DNA of 64,000 bases from Bacillales bacterium UBA2289 (GCA_002345505.1 DDWJ01000034.1:23747-87746); one strand, 5' to 3'; shown: positions 33,928 to 44,699, numbered from the stretch's first letter. Translations and numbers: made by a program. Notes: generated by a model from the letters alone, not told the origin.

Positions 33928-34536
33928 ATGAAACACATTTTACCAGAACTATCTTATAAATACGATGCATTGGAACCTTATATTGATGCAAAAACTATGG
34001 AAATTCATCATACAAAACATCATCAAGGCTATATAACGAAATATGTTAATGCTTTAGAAGGACATAACGAATTATTAAACAAAGATGTAGAAGAGGTTCT
34101 AAAAAACATTAATTTAGTACCAGAAAACATTCGTCAAGCTGTAATAAACAATGGTGGCGGTTACTTTAATCACAGACTTTTCTGGGAGATTATGTCACCT
34201 GAAAAAACTACTATGAGTGAAAAGTTAGAAACAGGAATTAATAAAGACTTTGGAACAATTGAAAAATTCAAAGAAGAATTCTCAAATGCAGCGGCTACAA
34301 GATTCGGCAGTGGATGGGCATGGTTAGTTGTTAACAAAGATGGAAAACTAATCGTCACATCAACAGCTAATCAAGATGCGCCTTTTGATAAAGGAAATCC
34401 TATTTTAGGATTAGACGTATGGGAACATGCATATTATCTAAATTATCAAAACAGAAGACCAGAATACATTGAAAACTTTTGGAATGTAGTTAATTGGAAA
34501 AAAGTATCCGATAATTTTGATAAAGAATGTAAATAA
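33928..34536 (+). CDS. sodA: Fe/Mn superoxide dismutase
   Basis: 202 aa with [22 protein letters not shown] and [17 protein letters not shown] is present. Confidence 0.95.
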   Translation: MKHILPELSYKYDALEPYIDAKTMEIHHTKHHQGYITKYVNALEGHNELLNKDVEEVLKNINLVPENIRQAVINNGGGYFNHRLFWEIMSPEKTTMSEKLETGINKDFGTIEKFKEEFSNAAATRFGSGWAWLVVNKDGKLIVTSTANQDAPFDKGNPILGLDVWEHAYYLNYQNRRPEYIENFWNVVNWKKVSDNFDKECK

Positions 34537-34545
34537 GCATATATT

Positions 34546-34569
34546 AAAAACGCCCTAAGGCGTTTTTTT
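34546..34569 (+). terminator. Intrinsic terminator after sodA
   Basis: AAACGCC-CTAA-GGCGTTT followed by a T-run. Confidence 0.85.
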
Positions 34570-34600
34570 ATTGCCTTTATTTCAGTAAAAATGATTATAG

Positions 34601-34609
34601 TGATATAAT
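34601..34609 (+). promoter_or_regulatory. Extended -10 promoter (TGATATAAT) for pncA-pncB
   Basis: TGnTATAAT lies 26 nt upstream of the ATG at 34635. Confidence 0.45.
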
Positions 34610-34634
34610 AATTACATAAGTGTTGGGGTGAATT

Positions 34635-35162
34635 ATGAAAAAATTATTAATAATTGTAGATTATCAAAATGATTTTATTGATGGCAGTTTAGGTTTTGAT
34701 TCCGCTATCAATATTAAAGAAAACATAATCAAAAAGATTATTGATTATAGAAAAGAAAATAATGATATAATCTTTACTATGGACACACATTCGGATGATT
34801 ATCTTAAAACCGAAGAAGGAAGAAACTTAAATATTAAACATTGTATTAAAAACACTAAAGGGCATCAAATTCAATCTGATGTAAATGCCTTAAAAAGCCC
34901 AAAAGATAAGGTTTTTGAAAAACATACTTTCCCATCTTTACAATTGGGAAAATATCTAGAAAACAAAAACTATGAACAAATCGAACTATGTGGTTTGGTG
35001 TCAAATATCTGTGTAATAAGCAATGCGATAATCGCAAAGAGTGCAATTCCTAATGCTCATATTGTAGTTGATGCTTCAGCAACCGACTCATATGATAAAG
35101 ACTTACATAATAAAACTATGGATGTCCTTGAGGGTCTCCATATAGAAGTGGTGAACAAATGA
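34635..35162 (+). CDS. pncA: Nicotinamidase/isochorismatase-family cysteine hydrolase
   Basis: 175 aa with LLIIVDYQNDF and the catalytic Cys context CGLVSNICV. It overlaps the pncB start by 4 nt. Confidence 0.8.
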   Translation: MKKLLIIVDYQNDFIDGSLGFDSAINIKENIIKKIIDYRKENNDIIFTMDTHSDDYLKTEEGRNLNIKHCIKNTKGHQIQSDVNALKSPKDKVFEKHTFPSLQLGKYLENKNYEQIELCGLVSNICVISNAIIAKSAIPNAHIVVDASATDSYDKDLHNKTMDVLEGLHIEVVNK

Positions 35163-36589
35163 AAAATTATCGAGAATCAATGCTAACAGATTTATATGAA
35201 TTAACAATGGCCAATGGCTACTACTTAGAAAACAAGCAAGATGATATAGGGTATTTTGATTTATATTATCGCAAGACTACCGACGAGGGCGGGTATGCTA
35301 TTTTTGCTGGTTTGGAAACAATTATTAAATTTATTGAGTCATTAAAATTTAATGAAGATGATATCGCGTTTTTAAAGAAAAAAGCTATCTTTAACGAAGG
35401 GTTTTTAGAATATTTAAAAAACTTTAAATTCACTGGCGACATCTACTCTTTTAAAGAAGGAAGCATCGTCTTTCCTAACGAACCTATTATGACAATTCGA
35501 GCTAAATTAATTGAAGCCCAAATAATCGAAACATTCTTACTTCAAACAGTGAACCATCAAAGCTTGATCGCCACAAAAGCAGCGAGAATAAAACAAGCTG
35601 CTAAAGGAAGAATCGTACTTGAAATGGGAGCTAGAAGAGCTCATGGAGCTTCAAGTAGTGTTTTAGGAGCTCGTTCTGCTTATATAGCAGGTATAGACGG
35701 TACTAGCAATGTTCTAGCTGACCAGATTTACGGTGTGCCTTCAGGTGGTACAATGGCTCATTCGTGGGTACAACTCTTCGACAATGAATATGAAGCTTTT
35801 AAAGCTTATGCTAAGCATTATCCTAATTCAACAACTTTCCTAGTTGACACTTATGATACTTTAGATAGCGGAGTCCCAAATGCAATAAAAGCTATTAAAG
35901 AAGTCTTAATTCCTATGGGAGCTACCAACTACTCAATAAGAATTGATTCAGGTGACTTGACATATCTAGCAAAACAATCAAGAGCTTTACTTGATGAAGC
36001 TGGATTAAAAAATTGTAAGATAGTAGTAAGTAACGCACTCGATGAAAGATTAATTAACACACTTCTATCTCAAGGTGCTCCAATTGATGTGTTCGGAGTT
36101 GGCGAAAGACTTATCACCGCGAAAAGTGATCCAGTATTTGGTTCTGTCTATAAACTTGTCGCGATTGAAAGAAATAATGAAATTATTCCGAAAATAAAAA
36201 TAAGTGACAATGTTGAAAAAATAACAACTCCTCATTTCAAGAAAGTATACCGTATTTATTCTAAAGATAATAAAGCTGAAGCGGATCTAATAACAATTCA
36301 CAATGAGGTAATTGATACTAACAAGCCATTAACTATTTTTGACCAACATAACACATGGAAAACAAAAACATTCACTAATTATACAGTAAAAGAACTACAT
36401 CATACTATATTTAAGAATGGTGAAAAAGTCTATAAAAGCCCTAAAATAAAAGCAATTAGAGAGTTTGCTCTTGAAGAACTTAATAGTCTTTGGGATGAAG
36501 TAAAAAGATTTGACTTTCCTCATAAATACTATGTAGACTTATCTAAAGCGCTTTGGGATGTAAAACAAAACCTAATAAATTCAAATTAA
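35159..36589 (+). CDS. pncB: Nicotinate phosphoribosyltransferase
   Basis: 476 aa with LTDLYELTMANGY and GGTMAHSWV. It is coupled to pncA. Confidence 0.9.
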   Translation: MKNYRESMLTDLYELTMANGYYLENKQDDIGYFDLYYRKTTDEGGYAIFAGLETIIKFIESLKFNEDDIAFLKKKAIFNEGFLEYLKNFKFTGDIYSFKEGSIVFPNEPIMTIRAKLIEAQIIETFLLQTVNHQSLIATKAARIKQAAKGRIVLEMGARRAHGASSSVLGARSAYIAGIDGTSNVLADQIYGVPSGGTMAHSWVQLFDNEYEAFKAYAKHYPNSTTFLVDTYDTLDSGVPNAIKAIKEVLIPMGATNYSIRIDSGDLTYLAKQSRALLDEAGLKNCKIVVSNALDERLINTLLSQGAPIDVFGVGERLITAKSDPVFGSVYKLVAIERNNEIIPKIKISDNVEKITTPHFKKVYRIYSKDNKAEADLITIHNEVIDTNKPLTIFDQHNTWKTKTFTNYTVKELHHTIFKNGEKVYKSPKIKAIREFALEELNSLWDEVKRFDFPHKYYVDLSKALWDVKQNLINSN

Positions 36590-36620
36590 AAGAGACGAAA
36601 AATTTCGTCTCTATCTTTTT
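36588..36620. terminator. Bidirectional terminator between pncB and glnS
   Basis: AGAGACGA-loop-TCGTCTCT with T-rich flanks on both strands. Confidence 0.75.
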
Positions 36621-38253
36621 AGTTAAATGATGATTTTAATTCAACGATTCGATTAAAAATTAATCGGTCTTTTTTCGAATCATAATCGGTAGTAAAATAT
36701 CCTTTTCTTATAAATTGGAATCTTTCTAACGGTAAAGTATCTTTTAACGAAGGTTCAACGAACCCTTTAAATGTTGCCCACGAATTAGGATTTAATCTTG
36801 TAAATAAATCTTTTTTACCGTCGGAATCCGTAAGCAATGGCTCGAACAAGTTAATATCTGCCGGTAAAGCTGTTGATGCTTCTACGAAATGAATATTTCC
36901 ATTTGGTTTTCTTTCATCAAAGCCACTACCTGATTTCGTTAACTCATCATAAGTACAATGTAGTTCTTTTATCGAACCATCTTCATTATAAATAACTTCA
37001 TTACATTTAATAAAATATGCATGCATTAATCTAACTTCAATACCTAAAGATAATCTCTTCCATTTCTTATTAGGTTTTTCTTCAATAAAATCTTCTCTTT
37101 CAATATAAATCTCTTTACCAAAAGCGATTTTACGTTTACCTAAATCTAAATTATCATTATTGAAATCTACGTCAATCCACTCTACATTATTATCTGGGTA
37201 ATTTATAATTATTACTTTTAACGGATCAATAACTGCATTTACTCTTTTAACCTTAGTATTTAAGTCATTTCTTAGAGAAGTTTCCAACATTTCACTTGAG
37301 ACTGTCGAGTTAATTCTTGATAGTCCTGTCGACAAAATGAAGTTAATGATTGAATCTTTAGTATAACCTCTTCTTCTTAAGCCCGCTAATGTAGGCATTC
37401 TCGGATCATCATAGCCTTTAACCATTTTTTCATCAACTAATTGTTTTAAATATCTTTTAGACATAATGGTATTAGTTATGTTAAGTCTTCCAAATTCATA
37501 TTGATGAGGAACATGTTCCATTTCGCATTTTTCTACGAACCAATCATATAAAACTCGGTGATCATCATATTCCAAAGAACAAAGCGAATGAGTGACCCCT
37601 TCAAAAGCATCTTGCAAAGGATGGGCGAAATCATACATCGGATAGATACACCATTTGTTTCCGGTATTATGATGTTCAATATGAATTATTCGATAGATTA
37701 CCGGATCTCTCATATTCATATTCGGAGAAGACATATCAATTTTAGCCCTTAAAGTCTTTTCACCATCTTGGTATTTACCATTCTTCATGTTTTCAAACAA
37801 GATAAGATTTTCTTCAACAGTTCGGTTTCGATACGGAGAATCTTTTCCAGGAGTAGTTAATGTTCCTCGATATTCTCTCATTTCATCAGGGTTTAAATCA
37901 CAAACATAAGCTAAACCTTTTTTTATTAATTTTATTGCTAACTCATAAGTTGCATCAAAATAATCCGAACCAAATAGAATGTTTGCCGGTTTATATCCTA
38001 ACCACTCAATATCTTTTTTTATCGCTTCAACAAAAGAACTATCTTCTTTTACTGGATTGGTGTCATCAAATCTTAAATTTGTTTTTCCACCAAAATGTCT
38101 CGCTAACTCAAAATTTGTAATTATCGCCCTTGCGTGCCCTATATGCAAATATGCATTTGGTTCTGGTGGAAATCTAGTAACAATTTCGTTAACTTTTCCA
38201 CTATTTAAATCCTCTTCCATAATTGATTTTATGAAATTTGATGTTATTTCCAT
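36619..38253 (-). CDS. glnS: Glutaminyl-tRNA synthetase
   Basis: 544 aa class I aaRS with HIGHARA and MSKR motifs. The length and C-terminal beta-barrel region fit GlnRS better than the roughly 490-aa bacterial GluRS. Confidence 0.85.
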   Translation of the reverse strand: MEITSNFIKSIMEEDLNSGKVNEIVTRFPPEPNAYLHIGHARAIITNFELARHFGGKTNLRFDDTNPVKEDSSFVEAIKKDIEWLGYKPANILFGSDYFDATYELAIKLIKKGLAYVCDLNPDEMREYRGTLTTPGKDSPYRNRTVEENLILFENMKNGKYQDGEKTLRAKIDMSSPNMNMRDPVIYRIIHIEHHNTGNKWCIYPMYDFAHPLQDAFEGVTHSLCSLEYDDHRVLYDWFVEKCEMEHVPHQYEFGRLNITNTIMSKRYLKQLVDEKMVKGYDDPRMPTLAGLRRRGYTKDSIINFILSTGLSRINSTVSSEMLETSLRNDLNTKVKRVNAVIDPLKVIIINYPDNNVEWIDVDFNNDNLDLGKRKIAFGKEIYIEREDFIEEKPNKKWKRLSLGIEVRLMHAYFIKCNEVIYNEDGSIKELHCTYDELTKSGSGFDERKPNGNIHFVEASTALPADINLFEPLLTDSDGKKDLFTRLNPNSWATFKGFVEPSLKDTLPLERFQFIRKGYFTTDYDSKKDRLIFNRIVELKSSFN

Positions 38254-38255
38254 TT

Positions 38256-39263
38256 TTATTCCTCCATATTTAGTCTTGATTGACCATTAAGATACAAATC
38301 ATCTGTTTTAAATCCTTTGAGATACTGAAAATATCCCGCTGTAGCAATCATTGCTGCATTATCAGTGCAATATGCCATGTTTGGAAAATATATCGGTACA
38401 TCTTTAATTTTTTCTATCATTTTCTTTCTTAAACCTGAATTTGCAGCTACGCCACCAGCTACAATAATCTGTTTTATATTATACTCGTTCTTTGCCATAA
38501 TAGTTTTATGAACCAATACATCCGTAACTGCTTCTTGAAAACTTGCGCAAAAATCCTCAATAATTATATCTTCCTTACGCTGGACCATATTATGGTGAGT
38601 ATTTATAACATGAGATTTCAAACCAGAAAAACTAAAATTGTAATCTCCACTATCAATCATTGGCCTAGGAAAATTTAAAGTATCCTTTCCTTTACTTGAC
38701 ATTTTATCAACAATTGGTCCTCCTGGATAAGGTAAACCCAAAACTCTTGCGACTTTATCGTAAGCTTCACCTACAGCATCATCTTGAGTTTCTCCTAGTT
38801 TAAAGAAATCGTAATGCTCTCTCATTAAAATTAATTCTGTATGGCCTCCAGAGACAACCAAAGCTAAAAGCGGAAACTCCATCGTATTGTCAATATTATT
38901 TGCGTATATATGTCCGGCAATATGATGAATCCCAACAATAGGAATATCATAATTTAAACTTATTACTTTAGCTGCGTTAACTCCAATCAACAAAGAACCT
39001 ATTAATCCTGGCCCTTTAGTAACCGCAATCAAATCTAAATCTTGATACTCAATCTGAGCTTCCTTTATAGCTTTATCGAAAACATAAGTAATACCTTTGA
39101 CATGTTCTCTTGAAGCTATTTCTGGCACAACTCCTCCATATTCCTTATGAATATCTATCTGCGATAAAACCACATTGGATAAAACTTTTTTACCATCTTC
39201 TACAACACTGACACTAGTTTCATCACAACTCGTTTCAACTCCTAATACATACATACTACTCAC
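38256..39263 (-). CDS. tsaD: tRNA N6-adenosine threonylcarbamoyltransferase
   Basis: 335 aa with [11 protein letters not shown] and HIAGH motifs. Operon is tsaE-tsaB-rimI-tsaD. Confidence 0.95.
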   Translation of the reverse strand: MSSMYVLGVETSCDETSVSVVEDGKKVLSNVVLSQIDIHKEYGGVVPEIASREHVKGITYVFDKAIKEAQIEYQDLDLIAVTKGPGLIGSLLIGVNAAKVISLNYDIPIVGIHHIAGHIYANNIDNTMEFPLLALVVSGGHTELILMREHYDFFKLGETQDDAVGEAYDKVARVLGLPYPGGPIVDKMSSKGKDTLNFPRPMIDSGDYNFSFSGLKSHVINTHHNMVQRKEDIIIEDFCASFQEAVTDVLVHKTIMAKNEYNIKQIIVAGGVAANSGLRKKMIEKIKDVPIYFPNMAYCTDNAAMIATAGYFQYLKGFKTDDLYLNGQSRLNMEE

Positions 39264-39693
39264 TTCCCAATCTTTTATACATTAAATAAGCATCTTCACC
39301 ATTATTGTAATATGCTTTTCTAACAGAAACTTGTTTAAAACCCGATTTAACATACAAACTAACCGCTGCTATATTCGAAGGTCTAACCTCTAAAGTAACT
39401 TCTATTACTCCATACTCACTTAATATTTCTAAAGTATTATCTAAAAAATACTTTCCATATCCTCTTCTTCGAAGTTCTTCAATAACAACAAAGGAATTTA
39501 TTTGCGCTTTGTCCTCATCAACCCAAAGAATCACATATCCTAGAATTTCTACATCTACTAACAAATAGAAGTGAATCAAAGGATTATAAAAATCCTCTTG
39601 TAATTTTTCTAACGTAGTAAAATTATGAAAATATTTATTCTCATATCCTAATATTATTTCTAAATCTTCTAATACGGCTTTTCTAATTTTCAT
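39256..39693 (-). CDS. rimI: Ribosomal-protein-alanine N-acetyltransferase (GNAT)
   Basis: 145 aa with the GNAT motif RRRGYG. It occupies the canonical position between tsaB and tsaD. Confidence 0.8.
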   Translation of the reverse strand: MKIRKAVLEDLEIILGYENKYFHNFTTLEKLQEDFYNPLIHFYLLVDVEILGYVILWVDEDKAQINSFVVIEELRRRGYGKYFLDNTLEILSEYGVIEVTLEVRPSNIAAVSLYVKSGFKQVSVRKAYYNNGEDAYLMYKRLGSE

Positions 39694-40294
39694 TTCTTAA
39701 GTTTCTCTCCGCTTCAGTAACTTGAAGATAATTTGGAGTTAGACTATGTACATCGTCAACTTTGATTAGTAAGTTTGATTTTAATAACTTATTTACGTCT
39801 GGTTTTCCTTCTTCTACAACTTCAAAATTAACATCAAAAGAACTCTTGAATTTTTCAATGTTTTGCAGGCAATCATCTTTAACTAAATTTAATTTTTCAT
39901 CACTATTAGCATATAAACCCATAAATGCATTACCTCTTCTAGCGTCAATAAGGGCTAAAACATAAGGTTTATTTGATGAAGAAGCCATCAAAGCTAACGA
40001 TGAAACTTTATATAAAGATAAATTATTAAGATAAGCAATCATCTTAGCGACTGTAACTCCGATTCTAACTCCGGTATAACTACCAGGTCCTACGCCAACG
40101 ATTATTTCGTCAATTTCTTGTAATTTAATTTTCTCATTTTCTAACATCTTTTGAAGATAGGGCATAATGGTTACAGAATGATTATTTATACCTGCTTCAT
40201 AAAAATGCTGCTTTTCAACTCCGTCAATTACTAGCGATAAGAAGATATATTTAGTTGCTGTATCTATTATTAATTGCTTCAATAATTTTTTCAT
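39683..40294 (-). CDS. tsaB: t6A biosynthesis protein TsaB
   Basis: About 203 aa with IIDTAT and GPGSYTGVRIG. I prefer the ATG at 40294 over the TTG at 40312. It overlaps the 3' end of tsaE. Confidence 0.85.
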   Translation of the reverse strand: MKKLLKQLIIDTATKYIFLSLVIDGVEKQHFYEAGINNHSVTIMPYLQKMLENEKIKLQEIDEIIVGVGPGSYTGVRIGVTVAKMIAYLNNLSLYKVSSLALMASSSNKPYVLALIDARRGNAFMGLYANSDEKLNLVKDDCLQNIEKFKSSFDVNFEVVEEGKPDVNKLLKSNLLIKVDDVHSLTPNYLQVTEAERNLRNEN

Positions 40295-40733
40295 ATCTTC
40301 CCTTTCCTTCAATTAATAGACTTCTTTTAAATTCTCCATCTGCTTGAATATCTATTGTTAGTAATTCTTCTGGTAATTGATCTTTAATGTAGGTATACCA
40401 TTCTATTACACTCACACCTTCTCCGTATATAAAATCGTCCAATTCGTAATCATATCCAATATCTTCCAATCTATATACGTCCATATGATATAAGTCGAAA
40501 TTTCCTTGATAAATCTTCAAAATTGTAAAAGTTGGTGAATTTATATTATCTTTCACACCGATATTTTTTGCTAAATATTTTGTAAATGTTGTTTTCCCTG
40601 ATCCTAAGTCACCAGCTAAACCTATTATCATACCTGAAAACGCATAATCCGCAATAATCTTAGCTAGTTTTTTTGTATCTTCAATTGAATTTAATACTAT
40701 TTTTGTTTTCAAATAAATACACTCATTTCTCAT
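40251..40733 (-). CDS. tsaE: t6A biosynthesis ATPase TsaE
   Basis: 160 aa with Walker A GDLGSGKTTF and HMDVYRL. Confidence 0.9.
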   Translation of the reverse strand: MRNECIYLKTKIVLNSIEDTKKLAKIIADYAFSGMIIGLAGDLGSGKTTFTKYLAKNIGVKDNINSPTFTILKIYQGNFDLYHMDVYRLEDIGYDYELDDFIYGEGVSVIEWYTYIKDQLPEELLTIDIQADGEFKRSLLIEGKGRYEKIIEAINNRYSN

Positions 40734-40749
40734 AAATATTCATAGTAAA

Positions 40750-40758
40750 ATTATATCA
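40750..40758 (-). promoter_or_regulatory. Extended -10 promoter (TGATATAAT) for the tsaE operon
   Basis: TGnTATAAT on the minus strand 17 nt upstream of the tsaE ATG. Confidence 0.45.
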
Positions 40759-40846
40759 TATAAACCGTAAAAACAAATCAAAATCATGTTATAAGGTACT
40801 TTTTCGTCACAATCTAAAACATTTATATCCTTAAAATTATTCTTTA

Positions 40847-40855
40847 TGTTATAAT
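40847..40855 (+). promoter_or_regulatory. Extended -10 promoter (TGTTATAAT) for the lipid kinase gene
   Basis: TGnTATAAT lies 38 nt upstream of the ATG at 40893. Confidence 0.45.
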
Positions 40856-40892
40856 AATTCATGATGATTCAGGTAAAAATAAGGAGCTTATA

Positions 40893-41771
40893 ATGTTTCT
40901 AATCGTACACAATCCTCTATCCAGTAATCGCAAGTCTAAAAAAACCACATATAAGTATGTCAAATTCTTTAAAAAATATAAAATACCTTTCCGTTTAAGA
41001 TCAACTTTAAAAATTAAAAACTTAAACGTATTTCTTGATTCTAATCCAGAAATTACCGATATTTTGTATTTAGGTGGAGACGGTTCAATCAATCACTTAA
41101 TAAATAATGTTAATGTCAATGATATCAAGCAAAACATATACCTTGGCAAAAGTGGTTCGGGAAATGACTTTTTGCGCACCTTAAAGAAATTTAAAGAAGC
41201 CAACATTACTTTAGGCGAAGCGAAAACCAACATTGGATCGACTAAATTTATTAACGGGTGCGGTCTAGGTTTTGACGGTTTAGTCTGTCATTACGTAAAT
41301 AACGACTCGAAAAAAGGTAAATTATCTTATTTTATCAACGTTTTTCGTTCTATAATCAAATATCAACCAGTTGAAATCGATATAAATGTTGATGGTAAGG
41401 ATTACCATTTCAAAAAAGTGTTTATTTCCGCAATTCAAAACGGAAGATATTTTGGTGGAGGCATGAAAGCTACTCCAAATGCCAATCCAACAGATGATAA
41501 TTACATAATATGTGTTGCTCATAACTTATCAAAATTAACTCTTCAACTTCTACTATTAACAATTTATCCCGGATGGCATAGATTCATAAAGGGAAAAGTA
41601 ACAATGCTAACTGGAACAAATATTAAAATTAAACATCCCTCAGAAACTTACTTCCAAGCAGATGGAGAAGTGATGGGGAATATTAATGAAGTTGAAATCA
41701 AACCTATTCAAAAGCGAATGTTCATCGCTTTTAACAAAAAAGATTTTAAAAATAAATCAGCCACTAAATGA
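40893..41771 (+). CDS. DAGK-catalytic-domain lipid kinase (YegS/BmrU-like)
   Basis: 292 aa with a GGDGS motif (ILYLGGDGSINHL) and the C-terminal motif QADGE. An AAGGAG RBS is present. Confidence 0.7.
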   Translation: MFLIVHNPLSSNRKSKKTTYKYVKFFKKYKIPFRLRSTLKIKNLNVFLDSNPEITDILYLGGDGSINHLINNVNVNDIKQNIYLGKSGSGNDFLRTLKKFKEANITLGEAKTNIGSTKFINGCGLGFDGLVCHYVNNDSKKGKLSYFINVFRSIIKYQPVEIDINVDGKDYHFKKVFISAIQNGRYFGGGMKATPNANPTDDNYIICVAHNLSKLTLQLLLLTIYPGWHRFIKGKVTMLTGTNIKIKHPSETYFQADGEVMGNINEVEIKPIQKRMFIAFNKKDFKNKSATK

Positions 41772-41787
41772 TGGCTGATTTTTTTTA
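41756..41787. terminator. Bidirectional terminator between the lipid kinase gene and pgi
   Basis: ATCAGCCA-loop-TGGCTGAT with T-runs on both strands. It overlaps both stop codons. Confidence 0.7.
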
Positions 41788-43116
41788 TAAATTCTCTTCC
41801 AACTTTTTTCTTAAAGCTTCATAACCAGGTTTTCCAAGTAAAGCAAACATATTCTTTTTATAAGCTTCTACTCCCGGTTGATCGAATGGATTAACTCCTA
41901 ATAAATATCCGCTTACACCTACAGCTAACTCGAAAAAGTAAACTAAATATCCAAATGTGTAAGGACTAATATTATCAATTTCGATAACTATGTTTGGAAC
42001 TCCTCCATCTCTATGAGCTAATAACGTTCCTTGAAGTGCTTTCTTATTTACAAAGTCTAAACCCTTTTGTTTTAGGTAATTTAAACCATCTAAATCACTT
42101 TTCTCTTCTTCAATTATTACATCCTTTTCTGGATTTTTAACATTTATAACTGTTTCAAAAAGAATTCTTTCACCGTCTTGGATATATTGTCCCAAAGAAT
42201 GAAGATCGGTTGAAAAAGAAGCACTTGATATAAATAATCCTTTATGATCTTTTCCTTCTGATTCACCAAAAAGTTGTTTCCACCATTCAGCAAAATAAGT
42301 TAATTTAGGTTCATAGTTCACTAACATTTCGATACTATAATTATTTCTATATAATAGATTTCTTAACGCTACATACATATGAACATCATTCTTATATATA
42401 CTATACTTATCGTATTCTTTTCTTGATGCTTTAGCTCCGGCTAACATCTGTTTGATATTAATGCCAGTAGCAGCTATCGGCAATAACCCCACTGCTGTTA
42501 AAACCGAAAATCTTCCGCCTATATCATCAGGAACCACAAAAGTCGTGTAACCTTTTGAATTTGCTAATTCTCTTAAAGCGCCCTTAGCCTTGTCTGTTGT
42601 TGCGTAAATACGGTTAGCTGCTTCTTTTTCCCCGTATTTTTCTTCAAGCAATCTTTTTAATACTCTAAAAGCGATAGCTGGTTCAGTAGTTGTTCCGGAT
42701 TTAGATATCACGTTAATTGCAAAGTTCTTATTTTTCAAAAAATCTACTAATTCATTTAGATAAGTACTACTCATATTATGCCCAGCAAATATTATATCTA
42801 CATTTTTTCTCTTTGGAAAATACGGTTTCAAAAATTCAATCGCTGCTTTAGCACCTAAATAAGATCCTCCAATGCCAATAACAACTAATATATTCGCTTG
42901 CTTTCTTATCTTTTTAGCGGCTTCGTAAATTCTTTCAATTTCGTCATTATCATAATTTTCTGGTAAATCCAACCACCCTAAATATTCACTACCTAGACCG
43001 CTTTTATCCTCAAGTATTTTTCTCGCTTGTTTAATCTCTTTATTGATTGAATCGAGATCTTTATCATTAATAAATGGTAAAGCAAATCTATAATCTAAAT
43101 TTAAATGTTTACTCAT
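41785..43116 (-). CDS. pgi: Glucose-6-phosphate isomerase
   Basis: 443 aa with [17 protein letters not shown] and GESEGK motifs. Confidence 0.95.
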   Translation of the reverse strand: MSKHLNLDYRFALPFINDKDLDSINKEIKQARKILEDKSGLGSEYLGWLDLPENYDNDEIERIYEAAKKIRKQANILVVIGIGGSYLGAKAAIEFLKPYFPKRKNVDIIFAGHNMSSTYLNELVDFLKNKNFAINVISKSGTTTEPAIAFRVLKRLLEEKYGEKEAANRIYATTDKAKGALRELANSKGYTTFVVPDDIGGRFSVLTAVGLLPIAATGINIKQMLAGAKASRKEYDKYSIYKNDVHMYVALRNLLYRNNYSIEMLVNYEPKLTYFAEWWKQLFGESEGKDHKGLFISSASFSTDLHSLGQYIQDGERILFETVINVKNPEKDVIIEEEKSDLDGLNYLKQKGLDFVNKKALQGTLLAHRDGGVPNIVIEIDNISPYTFGYLVYFFELAVGVSGYLLGVNPFDQPGVEAYKKNMFALLGKPGYEALRKKLEENL

Positions 43117-43143
43117 TAAAATATCCTCCTATATACAACAAAT

Positions 43144-43152
43144 ATTATAACA
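43144..43152 (-). promoter_or_regulatory. Extended -10 promoter (TGTTATAAT) for pgi
   Basis: TGnTATAAT on the minus strand 28 nt upstream of the ATG at 43116. Confidence 0.45.
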
Positions 43153-43201
43153 TAAAGATAGCAAATCGAGCCTCTTAATGTTCAAAATGCAACCACTTTC
43201 A

Positions 43202-43236
43202 TAAAAAAAACAACTCAAATTTTATACAAAATTTGA
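43202..43236 (-). terminator. Intrinsic terminator after the S1-domain gene
   Basis: On the minus strand: TCAAATTTT-GTAT-AAAATTTGA followed by GTTGTTTTTTTT. Confidence 0.75.
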
Positions 43237-43247
43237 ATCGCCTTTTT

Positions 43248-43586
43248 CTAGTTATTGTCTTTTTGATACTTTTCAACCCAAGCTTTTAGTTGTGTTTCAA
43301 AAGGCTTGAAACCACTTGTAAGTTCAGTTGACTCTCTTTTTTTACGTCTTTTCTTATTTTGGGTCTTGTAACTTAAACTAATTTTATTGTTATCAATTTT
43401 GATAACTTCTAGCGTTACTTCATCCCCGACACTAAGATAGTCTTCTATACTTCTAACATAACCATCACTAATTTCTGAAATATGGATTAATCCATCAATC
43501 TCATTGTCAATTTTAACAAATGCTCCGTATGGTTTAATATTAGTAATCCGACCTTTGACGATGTCACCTTGTTTCATATTTAACAC
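43248..43586 (-). CDS. S1 RNA-binding domain protein (YugI/general stress protein 13-like)
   Basis: 112 aa with the S1 motif GDIVKGRITNIKPYGAFVKI...GLIHISE and a basic tail. Confidence 0.8.
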   Translation of the reverse strand: MLNMKQGDIVKGRITNIKPYGAFVKIDNEIDGLIHISEISDGYVRSIEDYLSVGDEVTLEVIKIDNNKISLSYKTQNKKRRKKRESTELTSGFKPFETQLKAWVEKYQKDNN

Positions 43587-43606
43587 CCCTCAAAGAAACT
43601 GTAAAT

Positions 43607-43634
43607 ATTATAACACATATCGATTTTTTTTCAA
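43607..43634 (-). promoter_or_regulatory. Promoter for the S1-domain gene
   Basis: On the minus strand: TTGAAA, 16 nt, TATAAT, with an upstream TG (TGTTATAAT). Confidence 0.55.
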
Positions 43635-43681
43635 GTAATAATCCCCCTCAAGCTAAAAATAAAAAGACTAACTTTAATAAG

Positions 43682-44185
43682 TTAATCTTTATCCCCTACT
43701 GCGTTGTGAGCGATTGAACTAGCTGCAGCCGCTGCTATAGCTCCGATAATATCGTCTAGAAAGGTATGACATTTATCAGGTTGTTTTCCGATTTCATCCA
43801 GTTCACCAATTATACCAGGTTTTACTTTGTCAACATATCCAAAATTGGTTAATCCAATAGAACCATAAACATTTGTAATTGATAAAACTAAAATTTCATC
43901 TATACCATAAAGTGGATTGTCTTCGCTAATTAAAGTTTGCAACGGTTCAGATAACAACTTCTTTTCGGCCAACATATCAAGTTCAACGCCTGTTAATATT
44001 GCGTTTTGAACCTCTCTTTTATCCAACACCCTACTAACGGCATTAAGACAAAGTTCTTTTGTGATGTCAGGAACGTATTTTTTTTGAAGGTCATAGACAA
44101 TATCAACAATTTTATCTAATGTGACTCCTCTTTCTTCAAATAATTTTATACAAATTTCCTTCATTCTTTTTTGTTTTTCTACCAT
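43682..44185 (-). CDS. pgpA: Phosphatidylglycerophosphatase A family protein (YutG-like)
   Basis: 167 aa. Overall resemblance to YutG/PgpA, including the ending HTFLDDIIGAIAAAAA. Confidence 0.75.
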   Translation of the reverse strand: MVEKQKRMKEICIKLFEERGVTLDKIVDIVYDLQKKYVPDITKELCLNAVSRVLDKREVQNAILTGVELDMLAEKKLLSEPLQTLISEDNPLYGIDEILVLSITNVYGSIGLTNFGYVDKVKPGIIGELDEIGKQPDKCHTFLDDIIGAIAAAAASSIAHNAVGDKD

Positions 44186-44415
44186 ATATGTTCAACTCCT
44201 ATAACTCCAGGAACTCGTTCCAAAAGTGTATCCTCGATTAAATCTGACATTGTAGATTCAAACCCAGCGCAACCAACACATGCACCTTGCAATTTAACAT
44301 AAACTATTCCATCTTCGAACTTTACAAACTCAATATCGCCACCATCGCGATTAATATATGGTCTAATAAGTTTAATTACTTCTTTAATTTCAGCAATAAT
44401 TTCTTCGTAATCCAT
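44179..44415 (-). CDS. NifU-like Fe-S cluster scaffold domain protein (YutI-like)
   Basis: 78 aa with IRPYINRDGGDIEFV and the CVGC motif. Confidence 0.8.
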   Translation of the reverse strand: MDYEEIIAEIKEVIKLIRPYINRDGGDIEFVKFEDGIVYVKLQGACVGCAGFESTMSDLIEDTLLERVPGVIGVEHIW

Positions 44416-44426
44416 TCAAATCACCT

Positions 44427-44699
44427 CTATTCTTCAAACTTCTTGTTTTTATCGTAATTAGGATTTTTTAAAATATAATAAGCACAATTAGGGGAACACG
44501 ATTCAACGACATAATCGGGAATTAAATGATAATTATCATCTGAAAAACCTTTCAAACGTAAAATACCCGCCGAATAATCTCCGACTAAATAAGGATAAAT
44601 ATCAAAAAAATCTACATATCTCTTATTGAAGTCATCCATAACGAAGGCTTCACGATAATTTTTAATTAATTCAAATTCTCCATGCACTGATTCAATCAT
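44427..44699 (-). CDS. YutD-like protein (DUF1027)
   Basis: 90 aa. ELIKNYREAF...GDYSAGILRLKGF...CAYYILK resembles B. subtilis YutD as I recall it. It neighbours the yutG/yutI-like genes. Confidence 0.65.
   Translation of the reverse strand: MIESVHGEFELIKNYREAFVMDDFNKRYVDFFDIYPYLVGDYSAGILRLKGFSDDNYHLIPDYVVESCSPNCAYYILKNPNYDKNKKFEE

Noticed and set aside
40251-40294. Unusually long (44-62 nt) overlap between tsaE and tsaB, considered as a frameshift, fusion or pseudogene signal.
   Set aside because: Both frames are intact with full-length conserved domains. The overlap is explained by the tsaB start lying inside the non-conserved C-terminal tail of tsaE, which is ordinary translational coupling.
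40859-41092. 77-aa minus-strand ORF overlapping the start of the lipid kinase gene.
   Set aside because: It is antisense to a gene with a good RBS and the DAGK motif. It has no RBS or promoter of its own.
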